From Tubiluchus corallicola (taxonomy: Eukaryota > Animalia > Priapulida), in the NCBI GenBank assembly GCA_030141605.1, contig JAQGDQ010000527.1:89473-153472 (forward strand): a stretch of DNA of 64,000 bases, in the 5' to 3' direction. Positions within the stretch are counted from its first letter, which is position 1, and each line of letters begins with the position of its first letter. Both the position numbers and the translations under genes were made by a program. The notes beneath the pieces are model-generated. The model did not search any database. It was not told where the DNA came from and was given only the letters and a program-made list of their open reading frames with translations. Shown here one piece after another: positions 23,001 to 33,800 of this stretch.

Positions 23001-23982
23001 ACAAGCCAAGGTAACAATCTAATGCTGCATGATGATGATTGGAGATTATTTTTCGTTTACGTTTATTTATTTGGTCGTCATGCCAACCACCGTAGCATGA
23101 ATATCTGTGACGGTGTATAAATTTAAAAGAAAGTTGATTGGTTGGCATCCTGTCTCGGAAGACAATGGAGTGTGCGCCAAAAGAGCACCTGGTATTCCTA
23201 GGCGGTCACCCATCCAAGTACTAACCAGGCTCTACGTTGCTTAACTTTGGTGGTCAGACGAGAACCGGTGTTTTCAACGTGATTTGGCCGTAGTTTAAAA
23301 GAAAGTGAGAGTATAATTACTCATTAATAATTTGATTAAACGCATTAATATAAAAGGTAATAATTTTAATAATAGATAATAATTTTAGGACTTCGTTTTC
23401 AGTTCATATTGTTTTTAATCCAGTTTGAACTCTTAAATTGAACTGATGGAAAGAAACAATAAAAGTTAGTGAATCTATTTCCACCAGTCAGAAATCATTT
23501 GGATACAGCCATTTTTGATATCGATAATCTTGAAAAAATAATGTTATAATAATTCCGTTCTTTATGTGTGTTCTGAAGATTCTCAGGTGGAATTTGTTTC
23601 TCATTTCAATTTGGCATTTACAGCGAACACAAAGTGTGTAACTGTAATTATTAAGTGAATCTATTTCGCAGAGTCTGGAGTTATTCGTCACAAGACTTCG
23701 CTGCATCACTCCGCATCTTCGCCGGATTTTCACCACGTCAACGCGGAGACAAAGCTGAAGAGAGTGAGCGTTGACCGCTCACCGCATTTAAACGTGTCTT
23801 TCCCGGAGTCTGGGCCGCATCGTAACGTGGTATCTTTTTCCTTAGCCGGGGATGAAGAGGATTTTGCAGAAGGGTTTAGGGGCAATTCTTCGTCTTCCAG
23901 GGCAGATTCTTGTTCTACGATGGAACTGCGGAGGACGAAAAGCAATCTGGATTTAGTGAACAGCATTCAGTGGACATACTAA
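11054..23982 (+). CDS. DELE1: DAP3-binding cell death enhancer 1 (DELE1)-like Sel1/TPR-repeat mitochondrial stress relay, ~521 aa, 11 coding exons
   Basis: Exons 11054-11084, 11576-11666, 13116-13272, 14315-14563, 16018-16104, 18149-18274, 18657-18806, 19640-19726, 21164-21323, 22894-23010, 23672-23982, in phase. Shows an MWR start, a WGAAIVLGLQL motif, Sel1 repeats (GYAKAQYNLGICYERGIGV; GHAMAQYNLA; YYLGMCYENGWGV) and a C-terminal SASSP motif, as in DELE1. Confidence 0.85.
11716..12086 (+). mobile_element. piggyBac-type MITE
   Basis: TTAA|CCCTTTCA...TGAAAGGG|TTAA; longer copy at 37865. Confidence 0.88.
12209..12917 (+). mobile_element. Tc1/mariner (Tigger-like) MITE family E
   Basis: TA|CAGTGAGTCCTCGCTTAACG...CGTTAAGCGAGGACTCGCTG|TA; copies at 24946 and 40221. 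Confidence 0.88.
13820..14150 (+). mobile_element. MITE family D, right-end fragment
   Basis: Matches 28270-28590. Confidence 0.8.
14690..15015. repeat. Minisatellite with ~43-bp unit and truncated variants
   Basis: Repeats of cacagtag(ggtacga)gaaaggtattctgtcactgaccactggt. Confidence 0.9.
15361..15592. mobile_element. Short inverted-repeat element with a GGTTAG-rich core (possible Helentron-associated element or MITE)
   Basis: gtcacaggaaaaaa is inverted against tttttcctgtgac repeats around ggttagggttag. Confidence 0.5.
16232..16349 (+). rRNA. 5S rRNA-derived sequence (SINE head, probably not a functional rRNA gene)
   Basis: ctacggccaaatcacgttgaaaacgccggttctcgtctgatcaccgaagttaagcaacg...ggttagtacttggatgggtgaccgcct...gctgtaggctt is a near full-length metazoan 5S. 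Confidence 0.75.
16232..16789 (+). mobile_element. Full-length 5S rRNA-headed SINE (SINE3-type) with RTE-like body and (CCAA/CAA)n tail
   Basis: 5S-like head 16232-16349 with no T4 terminator, a ~440-bp body shared with other copies, and a ~13-bp TSD atacataatgaga / atacacaatgaga. Confidence 0.9.
17733..18148. repeat. 35-bp minisatellite (12 copies) built from the splice acceptor of a DELE1 exon
   Basis: Unit tgttcacatgatttttttctaattttagtggagtc; the last copy supplies the real AG at 18147-18148. Confidence 0.95.
20600..21023 (-). mobile_element. Solo LTR family 1
   Basis: Reverse-complement match to 7077-7456, TG...CA termini, perfect 5-bp TSD atatt. Confidence 0.85.
21450..21909 (+). mobile_element. 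hAT MITE family A
   Basis: TIR caggggtgtgcaaatt at both ends; imperfect 8-bp TSD. Confidence 0.92.
22247..22855 (+). mobile_element. Kolobok-like non-autonomous element (TTAA target)
   Basis: Homologous to 35649-36245 and 46762-47239; RR...YY ends next to TTAA-like flanks. The superfamily is an inference. Confidence 0.7.
23135..23293 (-). mobile_element. Minimal 5S-headed SINE (5S head joined directly to ~50-nt tail)
   Basis: 5S part at 23184-23293, tail at 23135-23183, perfect 13-bp TSD tttaaaagaaagt (23122-23134, 23294-23306). Confidence 0.9.
23184..23293 (-). rRNA. 5S rRNA-derived sequence (SINE head)
   Basis: Same 5S sequence as the heads at 16232 and 3200. Confidence 0.7.
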
Positions 23983-24027
23983 ATGCTGTAGAAGGACTTA
24001 CGTGCGCGGAACCTTGTTACTCACATG

Positions 24028-24457
24028 CAGTGGCGGCTCATGTATAGGCACTGTGGCACTGCAGCACCCCCTAGTTTCACTCGATATTATTGCGTTTTTT
24101 GTTGGCATCCTTCTGTCTCGGAAGACAATGGAGTGTGCGCCAAGAGAGTCAGTTATTGATCACATTGATGGAGCTGCAGCGTCGACTGTGGCTGAGCAGT
24201 CCGATCCTTGAACATCTGCAGGGCGCACGCCTGGGCAAGGTGTATGGAGATCCTGAGTTTCCCAACTGACTCTCTTGGTGCACACTCCATTGTCTTCCGA
24301 GACAGAAGGATGCCGCCGCCAACAACAACAGTAAGTAAAAAAAATACTTTTTTGTTTAGGATTTTATATGTTTGTTTCGTTGTACACAATAATAAAACAA
24401 TGGCTAAAAAATTTTGAGGCAACGACCCCAGTAATCTTAGCTACAAGCCACCACTGT
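24028..24457 (+). mobile_element. Degenerate hAT-like MITE in the DELE1 3' UTR hosting the SINE inversion
   Basis: Imperfect TIR cagtggcggctc / aagccaccactg. Confidence 0.6.
24101..24330. mobile_element. Inverted, double-tailed fragment of the same SINE in the DELE1 3' UTR
   Basis: 24101-24263 is the SINE 3' part in minus orientation. 24264-24330 is the tail again in plus orientation with (CAA)n. Confidence 0.85.
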
Positions 24458-24945
24458 ATATGTGTTATGCGCATTGTGAATAATTCTTGTTGCATTGTAA
24501 TTAGACGCCATAAAATGACGTTTTTCTAGGAGCCAGTGAATAAGAAGCGTGGCTAAGCCAAATTGAATTGTTAGCTATTAAGCAGTATTTTTTATGAAAA
24601 GTATGTCGTTGAACAACCAGTGTATGACGATACAAAAATCTACACAGAAGTGTGATTTGCGAGTTTGACATATTAAACACCTCATGCTTATACAGGGTGA
24701 AAATCATTTGAAATTCAGGGATCGCAGTCAGGGTCGATTCGCTATATATTATGTCTCATTTTGTGGTAATACTGTAATTTTGCAACAAAATTTTTGAAAA
24801 TAGTTGCAACTTTTCCAACGTGTGCCTACTAAACAGTTCTAAAAACGACCGTGTTCAGTTTTTCGAGCTTGTAGTAAGAATTGATAGATGTCACTGTCAG
24901 TCAAGAAATCAACACTATTGGTGGTCGTACTGTTTAATTGCAATA

Positions 24946-25267
24946 CAGTAAGTCCTCGCTTAATGACACTTATGCGTTCCAAGAAAGTGCTAAGCTAACT
25001 GAAGGTAAATGCGTAAGTCTGAGTAAATGCACAATTTAGTAATCAGTTGATTAGTCGTACATACCAGGATTAATGAAAAAGTCAAAAGCAAAGATTTCAT
25101 TTGAAAATTTTTGATTTGAATTTCAGATCATCATCAGGCACAAATGAGACACAGTAGAATTTGAAAAGCAAATTGTATAATAAACAAAACATTGTACAAA
25201 TATAACAAAATCGTCGTTAAGTGAAAAAGGTGCCAAATGTTCGGCGTCGTTAAGCGAGGACTTACTC
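24946..25267 (+). mobile_element. MITE family E (deleted derivative)
   Basis: cagtaagtcctcgcttaa...ttaagcgaggacttact. Confidence 0.75.
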
Positions 25268-25869
25268 AAGTTCTTCAAACAAGCCACCCCAACAGCAGTT
25301 ATCTAGTTTTCAATGTAATTTTGATGATGAAGTTTGTAATTTTGATGACTATGTTTTGCTGTTCTTAAATTCAGTATATAGTAAAGGGGGAGAGAAAGAG
25401 AGTGTCTCGTTATTGAAACAACAAGCACGAAGCATATGTGACTTTCCTCTGCTTTATGTTTGATCTTCTAACCTTTGCGACTAACATTGTTGATAAAATA
25501 AGCTGCCTTTATATAAATACATGATGTTAAGGTTATTTTGAAAAGTTACTATCGTGTTTAAAATAGTTGAAAATTGTAAATAGAGTTAGTGGCAGTTTAG
25601 CTTTCGATCTAGTATCCGTAATACTGCATACATGTATATATTGTTTCGAGAACGTTTTAATCCGAGAACTGTGATTATGCTTGTTATGAATTACAACCAT
25701 TTACTATAGAAGCATTTAATAGAGGCTAGAATTATTAGTTAGCTTCGGTTTTTTTACTGATGTATAGAATTTAATATTGTACATAATAAACGACTTTGTT
25801 TAAAATTAGTTTTAGTGTGTTGACCAGACTGTATGCCTTATTCTCTATGGTTCATATTATGACACAGGA

Positions 25870-26272
25870 TAGTAAGGCCCGATTAGGACCAGCATGGTAA
25901 GGTCCGATTATGACCAACATGGCAGGGTTCGATTAGGAGCAGTATGGGAGGGCTTGATTAGGAGCAGCATGGGAGGGCTCGATTAGGAGCAGTATGGGAG
26001 GGCTTGATTAGGAGCAGCATGGGAGGGCTCGATTAGGAGCAGCATGGGAGGGCTTGATTAGGAGCAGTATGGGAGGGCTTGATTAGGAGCAGTATGGGAG
26101 GGCTTGATTAGGAGCAGCATGGGAGGGCTCGATAAGGATTTGCTGTTGACATGAGGATCGTTTATGATTCGGATGGGGAGGTTAGTCTGGTGTTAAGATG
26201 AGGATCGCTCATGATAAGAATGGGGAGGGTAGTCTGGTGTTAAGATGAGGATCGTTTATGATTCGGATGGGG
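25870..26272. repeat. 25-bp minisatellite (~10 copies) followed by ~3 copies of a ~48-bp unit
   Basis: gattaggagcagcatgggagggctc repeats, then gatgaggatcgtttatgattcggatgggg... repeats. Confidence 0.9.
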
Positions 26273-26494
26273 ATAGTAAAATAGTTACAATTTAGCTGAC
26301 ACATCTTTAGTGACAGTGATGAAACGAATGATTACATGGTCAATCATGGTTAAATGTTGTGTAACTGGTTTTGCAGGTTAACTATAAAATGCAATGCAAT
26401 TAGACCGGAAATTCTAATCGATAACAAGATTGACAAAATCCTGTTCTTTCAATAGCATTTGCAGCACCAGGATCAAATAAAAACTTGGACAATA

Positions 26495-26813
26495 CAGTCG
26501 ACCCTCGTTAAACCGGACCCCGTAGCCCGGATATCGGATAAGACGGACGTCATCCGTGGTAAAGGAAACTGACCGATTTCCGTCCGAGCCGTAGCGCTAA
26601 ACACAACACGGCCTACCAACTGTACAATAATTTCTTTATCCTAACAGGTTAACTATTTTAAAGTAATATACAGTATAGTATATAGTGCAATGTATAGGCC
26701 TTATTAAGGTGATTGTTCCTGTATAATATAGACCATATATAGGCATATCGGATAAATCGGCTAAACCCGACCACCGACCCCCTAAATTAGTCCTGTTTAA
26801 AGAGCGTTGACTG
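26495..26813 (+). mobile_element. MITE family C
   Basis: TA|CAGTCGACCCTCGTTAAAC...GTTGACTG|TA. Confidence 0.9.
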
Positions 26814-27039
26814 TAATTACTAATTGAATACGGGCTGTAAAGTATTGATTGCCCAGAGCTCACAACATACTTGATTATTTCTTCAAGGTCAAGTTAGAAA
26901 GTATGAAACGTCTTGCCGACTTTCTTCAGTGCAGGTCTTTCTAATTAAATTATTTTACCGTCTGTTAGACATTTTGCACTTTTTTCAAACGTAATATTCA
27001 TAGCAAATACGTAAATACAAACTCACACGAGTACATCCC

Positions 27040-27340
27040 CCCCCACACACAATACACACGTACACACACGCACACACATACATGAGCGTACACGCACCTG
27101 AGTGCGTGAGAGATAAGAGGCGAATGGAGAGAATGAATGTGTTTTGAGAGAGAGTGAGAGAGACAGAGAGAGAGAGAGAAGAGAGTGAGTGAGAGAGAGA
27201 GAGGAGAAAGAGTGGAGAAGGGAGAGAGAGAGAGAGTGAGTGAGAGAGACAGAGAGAGAGGAGAAAGAGTAAGTGAGTGAGAGAGAGAGAGAGTGGCGAA
27301 GGGAGAGACTGAGCGAGATAATTCTGATGAGACAGAGAAA
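27040..27340. repeat. (CA)n and (GA)n-rich low-complexity tract
   Basis: Directly visible. Confidence 0.9.
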
Positions 27341-27999
27341 TGTAAAATGAACGAGATCATGAAAGATACAAAACGCTGCCCTATATTATCTGCTAACCGT
27401 CATCATCAAAATTACAAACTTCGTCATCAACATTCCATTATAGTACTTTCTCGTGTTTAGTTTTCTCTCAGACTTCCAAGAAGTTCCAAAAATGTTTTTT
27501 TTTGAGGCGGATCATGTGGATGTTTGCAAAATTTGGATTTGTCGCCATAGAGAGCACATCTACCCCTTCAGGAAACAAAATGATGCCTATCTCTGTAAGA
27601 CAAAGTATCAATCTTAACTTGGAATGCTGCAGATTCAGTTGCTTCCCAATTTCCGCAGTCTCCGAATTCAAAACACAAACCCTTAGTGACATGAAATAGA
27701 GAAAAATCTTTCAATACGATGCACACTAGAAATTTGATTCAAAACAGACGACTCATGGTTTTATTATAGCTCAATGATCATACTAGGTAATATAGTTCAC
27801 AGTACAGATATGTCACAATATCTTTTCGCAAACAAAGCGATTTCTTTCAGCAAAAACAATTTTAATCAAATCTAAGACACTATTTACAAGAATATTTTCC
27901 TCCAGCATGCTGAGGTTCCTCTGTGCCTCAGCCTCCAGCATGCTGAGAGGTGATGGAGAGCATCATTCGCATGCAGTTTCTCATTTTAACTCACTAATA

Positions 28000-28590
28000 C
28001 AGTCTAACCTCATTATCTCGTCCCTCGTTATGCCGCCAAACTCGTCTCTCGCCATAGAAAGTACCAGGACAGATTTCCTGCTTTGATATTTACCTCGTTA
28101 AGTCGCCACCCTCGCTTCTCGCCCTCGCCACGTCACGCTAGGATGAGGGCTTATGTAAACTATATTCGTTATGACGCCAAACAGACAAACTCAGAGGTGA
28201 ATCGATCAATATATACACCGCGTGTCGATCAACATAACTGTGGTATGTAGACAATGCTGCTGTACTTGGTTAATGCGCAGAGAAACTAAAGCGCCACCGA
28301 TATCCTTACTCCATAGCACCAAAGCTGTGTTTAAGTTTGAGTTTCCACAAAGTGTGAGCAACTTTACATGATGTCTCTGAAGCGAAAACTGTTTTGTCTT
28401 AATCCTGAACAAAAAAAGGAAATTTGTATTTATCATACGAATAATTATGTTAACTATGTTAATCAACTATTATGTACAGTATGTATATACATATAGACTA
28501 ACTTCATTATATTCCCGTTATCTCGCCATACTCGCCTCTCGCCAAAAATTTGCCCTAGATGGACAGTGGCGAGATAACGAGGTTAGACTG
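28000..28590 (+). mobile_element. MITE family D, full copy, ~40 bp downstream of the RFC3 stop codon
   Basis: TA|CAGTCTAACCTCATTATCTCG...CGAGATAACGAGGTTAGACTG|TA. Confidence 0.9.
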
Positions 28591-28630
28591 TACACCATGA
28601 GAAAATCAGCAGATTAACACAAGAAGCGCA

Positions 28631-30809
28631 TCAGAAGTCGCCCATCAAATTTTCCTCGATGAACCGCTGATAAATCGACATGAATTTGGCCACGAATGCC
28701 TCGAGATGGTAGATCGACTTCTGCCCCATTTGCAGACGGTGCTCGTAATAGGCAGCCATCTGCGTGACCTCTGCTTTGAGCTGCCCGTCGCAGTTTGAAA
28801 TGAGTTCAGACAACAAACCCTGAAAGAAAATACATAACAGAATGAGTGGGATCAGTAAGAGTGTAGACCAGAGGGAATCATTTTTTATAATGTCTATTTA
28901 TTGCTTGCTCTACAATAAATAACAAAACTTGCATATCAATAAGTTTCCTTCCTAGTCTAAGAGTTTTCTTGTACAGTTCAGCAAACTCTAACTAGATAAC
29001 CAGCAAATCACCTATCCACTTAGTAGGCAAACTCAGTGCCGCTTAACTGCTGTAGTCAAAAATATCTTGACCCCAAAATTATTTTCAACGTTTTTCATCT
29101 TCTATTCTTTAAGATAACACCTGAAGTAGCTCAATATTTATTTTCAAGGTGGTTCCGTTATTATTACCCACATGTAACTTCAATAAACCTGTGTGCTACC
29201 ATTTCTTAAGCCCTTGGTATGACTGGGTTGGGAGTTGAACACTCGGCCTCCCAGATGGGAATTGAGCACATTATCAGTGTCGTACACAGTATGGTATAAT
29301 GATGACAAACCTTCATGATAACGTCTGGTGGAAGGCAATGGGTAAGCAGTTCATACAGACGACCTCTGACTTCAAATATCCTGAAAATATCAAAAAATTA
29401 ATAATTATAATCAATACACTTTTGTCAGGCATTAAAATACACGTGGGAATTCAAAATAAAAAGAAAGTTATTATGGAGTTTAAGCTTTGTGGCAAATGAT
29501 AAAAAAATCGAAAAAAACTTTTAGTAACTGCAGTATTTGCGCTGTAACAACGTACAGTATTACTTAAGTGAAATTGGCTGTTAAAATGCAGAAAATTGGC
29601 TGTTAAATGCAGAAAATTTCAACTATCAAAACACAACACTCCGATACACTTTGGCCTCAAGTCTACGCTATTTTTAAGGAGAAATTCCTGTTAAAAGATG
29701 AAACGACCTTAATTTGTCCTTGGCAGATCTGTTACATTTTTCTAGAATAGCAGCAGAACACTGCACAGCTTGGGCTTTAGCAAGCAGGCGATCAATAAAA
29801 TCATGTGCACGATCACGCAAGTGTACGCCAGACTAAGCTACTCAATACGCTAAATTGGAGTGCCCGAAAAGGGCATGTTTTTCTTATTCAATTAAATCAC
29901 TTATAAATGTTTAAACAAATTACATGATTGGATAGCCGAGATTCTCTTGAATATAACAGTACCCAATTTACAATCATTTAGTTATGTCTGTGCTCATACC
30001 GTGGCAGAAAAGTCATAGGTCTTACAAGACCTATTTTTAATGGCGGATGATTAAATGATTGTCTCTACCAATCTTAGTATATTACAGATATGAAGCTTGG
30101 CTTGTGCAGATCGAGTGGTCTTGGATGCAAAAATAAACTCGCAAATAGATACTTATTTCAACACCTCTGTTCTACGTACAACAGCAGATAACTTACCTTC
30201 ATGCAATAAGTAAAACAGTAAACAGATTTCTATTCATTCTGACAAAAATCTGCCACACTTTATAATAAATCTCCTCTTACTGAATACCTTGATTACAACA
30301 AACAGCCTGCACATTACACGCCTTGCTCATGTCTGACACAACTTAAGCTTTTTTGGACTCTGGTTATTTTAGTGGGTGTGACTCTGAATGTAGCACAATG
30401 AACCAGGGACTAAGTCACTTTTCTTTGACACCTTGGAACACTCCAATCCTGCTGTACAGCTTAGAACACAAGACTACAGAAAGGTAACTTAAGGGCACTT
30501 ATGACTCATGTGGTATAAATACTGAGCGAAGAAGACTCTTCCTGATTATATTGTAAAACATATATACGTTCTGGAGATGCCAACTGAATGACTGCCCCGG
30601 AGTTTATTAACTTTCAGAGTAACCGACAACCGGTCCATTCTGAATCCCGGAAGGAAATGATTACTGTGGGACAGCCAGTCCCTATCAATATCAGGAATAA
30701 TGAGTATAGTAATAATATTAATAATCATAGTAGTAGTAATAATAATAATAATAATAATAATAGTAATAATAACAACAACAACAATAATATCGACAATAAT
30801 AATAATAAT

Positions 30810-30848
<39 letters not shown>

Positions 30849-33800
30849 AATAATAACAACAACAACAACAATAATAATAATAACAACAATAATAACGACA
30901 ATAACAATAATAATAATAATAATCTTTATTTAAAATCGGCTTTTGGATAAACAATTAACATTGGCTCAAAAAGCATTTTGCCAACTGTAAATAACAATTC
31001 CACAACTACATAACAGAGATTATTACCCCACTTTTACCCTACATATCATGTGCCAAGCAGGGCAACAGTAGGCACCATTTTTATTTATGGGCTTCGGTAT
31101 GACTCAACTGTGAACACATGACCTCTCAGACAGAAAGGAGATGCATTACCACTGCACTGTACCACCTGGTCAACTGGTCAGTAGACTATCAGTCCTGGAG
31201 GTTTATCAGCCTTAGAGGTATTAACCAATGACTGGTTAGCCAATACCTTTGCAGGCCCCCTATGTTAACTGTTTTGGGTATATACATGACAAACCAAATA
31301 TCCAATTTTGCATAGAAGTTATTAACTAACCTTCTTGGGCTTTGCTCCTGTACAATCATGCTAGCCGTCTCTCTCAGGTACAGTTCCCAATCAGCTTCTG
31401 TTACATCCTGGTCAGGTGAAAAAGGATACCTGGAAAATTCAAATGCACATCATAACTAATTGAACAGTTTTGTGCTGTATGAAATATAACGTACATACAT
31501 AGCTCATTGGTCCTGATTTTAATAATTTTAAATAGCCACAAAGCTAATTATAGGTGTTACATGTCAAATGTAGACCTGCGTTAACTCAAATGTAGATTTA
31601 GGTAATTCAAATGCGTCTTGGTAACTCAAATGTAGATTTAGGTAATTCAAATGTGTCTTGGTAACTCAAATGTAGATTTAGGTAATTCAAATGTGTCTTG
31701 GTAACTCAAATGTAGATTTAGGTAGTTCAAATGTGTCTTGGTAACTCAAATGTAGATTTAGGTAATTCAAATGTGTCTTGGTAACTCAAATGTAGACTTA
31801 GGAAGTTCAAATGTGTTAACAATGGTTTTCAACAAATCTTGAGCGTTTTTGGTAAGTCAAATGTAGACACATGTCAAGTCAAATGTGACATTGGTATCTC
31901 AAATGTGGATAGGTGGTAAAGTTTAAGGATGTTAAATTTAATCTTCATTAATTTCAATTTAATAATTGCTCTTAAGCTAAAATAACAACGTTATAGGTTC
32001 ACTAATATTCTGCAAACTTTACATACCACTGGAACTGTTAGAGAAAACAATACATTCTTAAAATAAACAATGTTTCTTGAGAGAAACTAATTCATTAATG
32101 CAGTGCTAATGTATTACTTAAAAAACTAATTAGTGATTCACTGTTCATTGGGAAGGGATAAACAACACATTTTTCAAGGTTATGAAAGAGGTGATGACTA
32201 TCTTTGGTTTATCTTTTTGTAATTTGCATTTAAATGAGTTAATTACCGATTTATTCAAAGTACCGCATCTACATTTGACTTACCGAAGTCATATTTGAAC
32301 TTTCCTGTGTCTACATTTGATGTGTAAAACCTATAGTAACACCTCAGGGAGGTGTTAAAATAGAGCTAAAATAGCCTCAATAACTGAAATATCTATCAAA
32401 AGGAAAGACGCTAATTCCTAGACATTAAGGGCTGGATTCACTAACATGCGGAAAGATTTTCGTAACAAACTTCGTAGGAATTTTTTGTTTCAGTACAGTT
32501 GCAATCGCATTTAACAACCTTCTTAGGTTATGAAACTTTTACGAATTCTATCGTAAGCTTAAGAATGTTCTTGTGAATAGCCTTGCGAATAAAACAGTTC
32601 GTAAGAACCTTTGTGAATCCGCCTACAGGAAATCCTGTCTTACAATCATCACCGACTTTTTGTGAAAATTACTTTCTTAATTAGATAAAGAATAAGTTTT
32701 AACTTGTGTGCTTGCATAGCAAAATCGTCCATAAGTCGGCAAAGTTAAAACTACATTATGATAATTTAAAATAGAATGCACCAAAAATTTGGTCTAATGT
32801 TAATTTTTTGTTTTTTATAAAAACAGTTGCTAAATATAGTGGACTTTAATATTCTAGCATCTAATTGTCAATAAAATGTTTAAAAGATACTAAAAAACTA
32901 ATTTTATAACCCTGTGCCCACTTTTCTGGCTAGAAACTAGTACAACAATTGAGAAAAACTTGTATTTTAATTTTCAAACTCCGGTAGTAGCTCACGGAAG
33001 CAATCATTTCGCTTCGGTTTTTTTCTGTTGCCAAGCCCAGTTCTTCGTCAAAAAGAGCAAATCTGACCGATTTAAACATAACTTCAAACTGCTCTTGCAA
33101 AGTTCGTAGCAACCAACATTTGTACGGCTGCTAAGTGTTTTGTAGAAACTCGACAAAAAACAATGGCTGACTTTAGCGGCAATTTTCTCAAGGTAATGCT
33201 TTCAGTGTACAGACTGCACCTCGAAGTTCAATGTTGATTATCTCAGCTTAGAAATAACATAGAGCAATGAGCTTGATATCAAAATGATCCTCATGAAATG
33301 GAGATTCAGGATATGTGAACATCTAGAAAAGCTTAATTGCTGATATATGGACGATTTTGTTATGCAAGCACATATATCATGTTTTTTATGTATCCAAGGA
33401 AAGAATAAATTTCTATTCTATTCTATTCTGTTACGTTAAGTGCCGTATCGTGGTTTACGCTCAGTCCACAACAAAAAGTACTATTTATAACGATTTTCTA
33501 AAGACATCATTAAATTATAACAATTTTTTAAACTTTCAAACTTACTGTTGCACACGACACGCTTCACACATCAGCAAAGCCCTGCGTAAATTCCGACCAC
33601 TTTTCTCAGCCACCCTCTGCGCTAAAGGAGAAGGCAAATTTAACCCCTCCTTCCTACAAACATTGTGCAGAATTCGACAAATCTGAAAATTAAGGAAAAC
33701 AATTTAATTGTGTACGATTCAGACATGATTTGTTGCTAATACAGTCGACCCTCGTTAAACCGGACCCCGTTAGCCCGGATATCGGATAAAACACACGTCA

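Noticed and set aside
30546-30954. Poly-N/I/L/Y ORFs
   Set aside because: Translation of the trinucleotide microsatellite.
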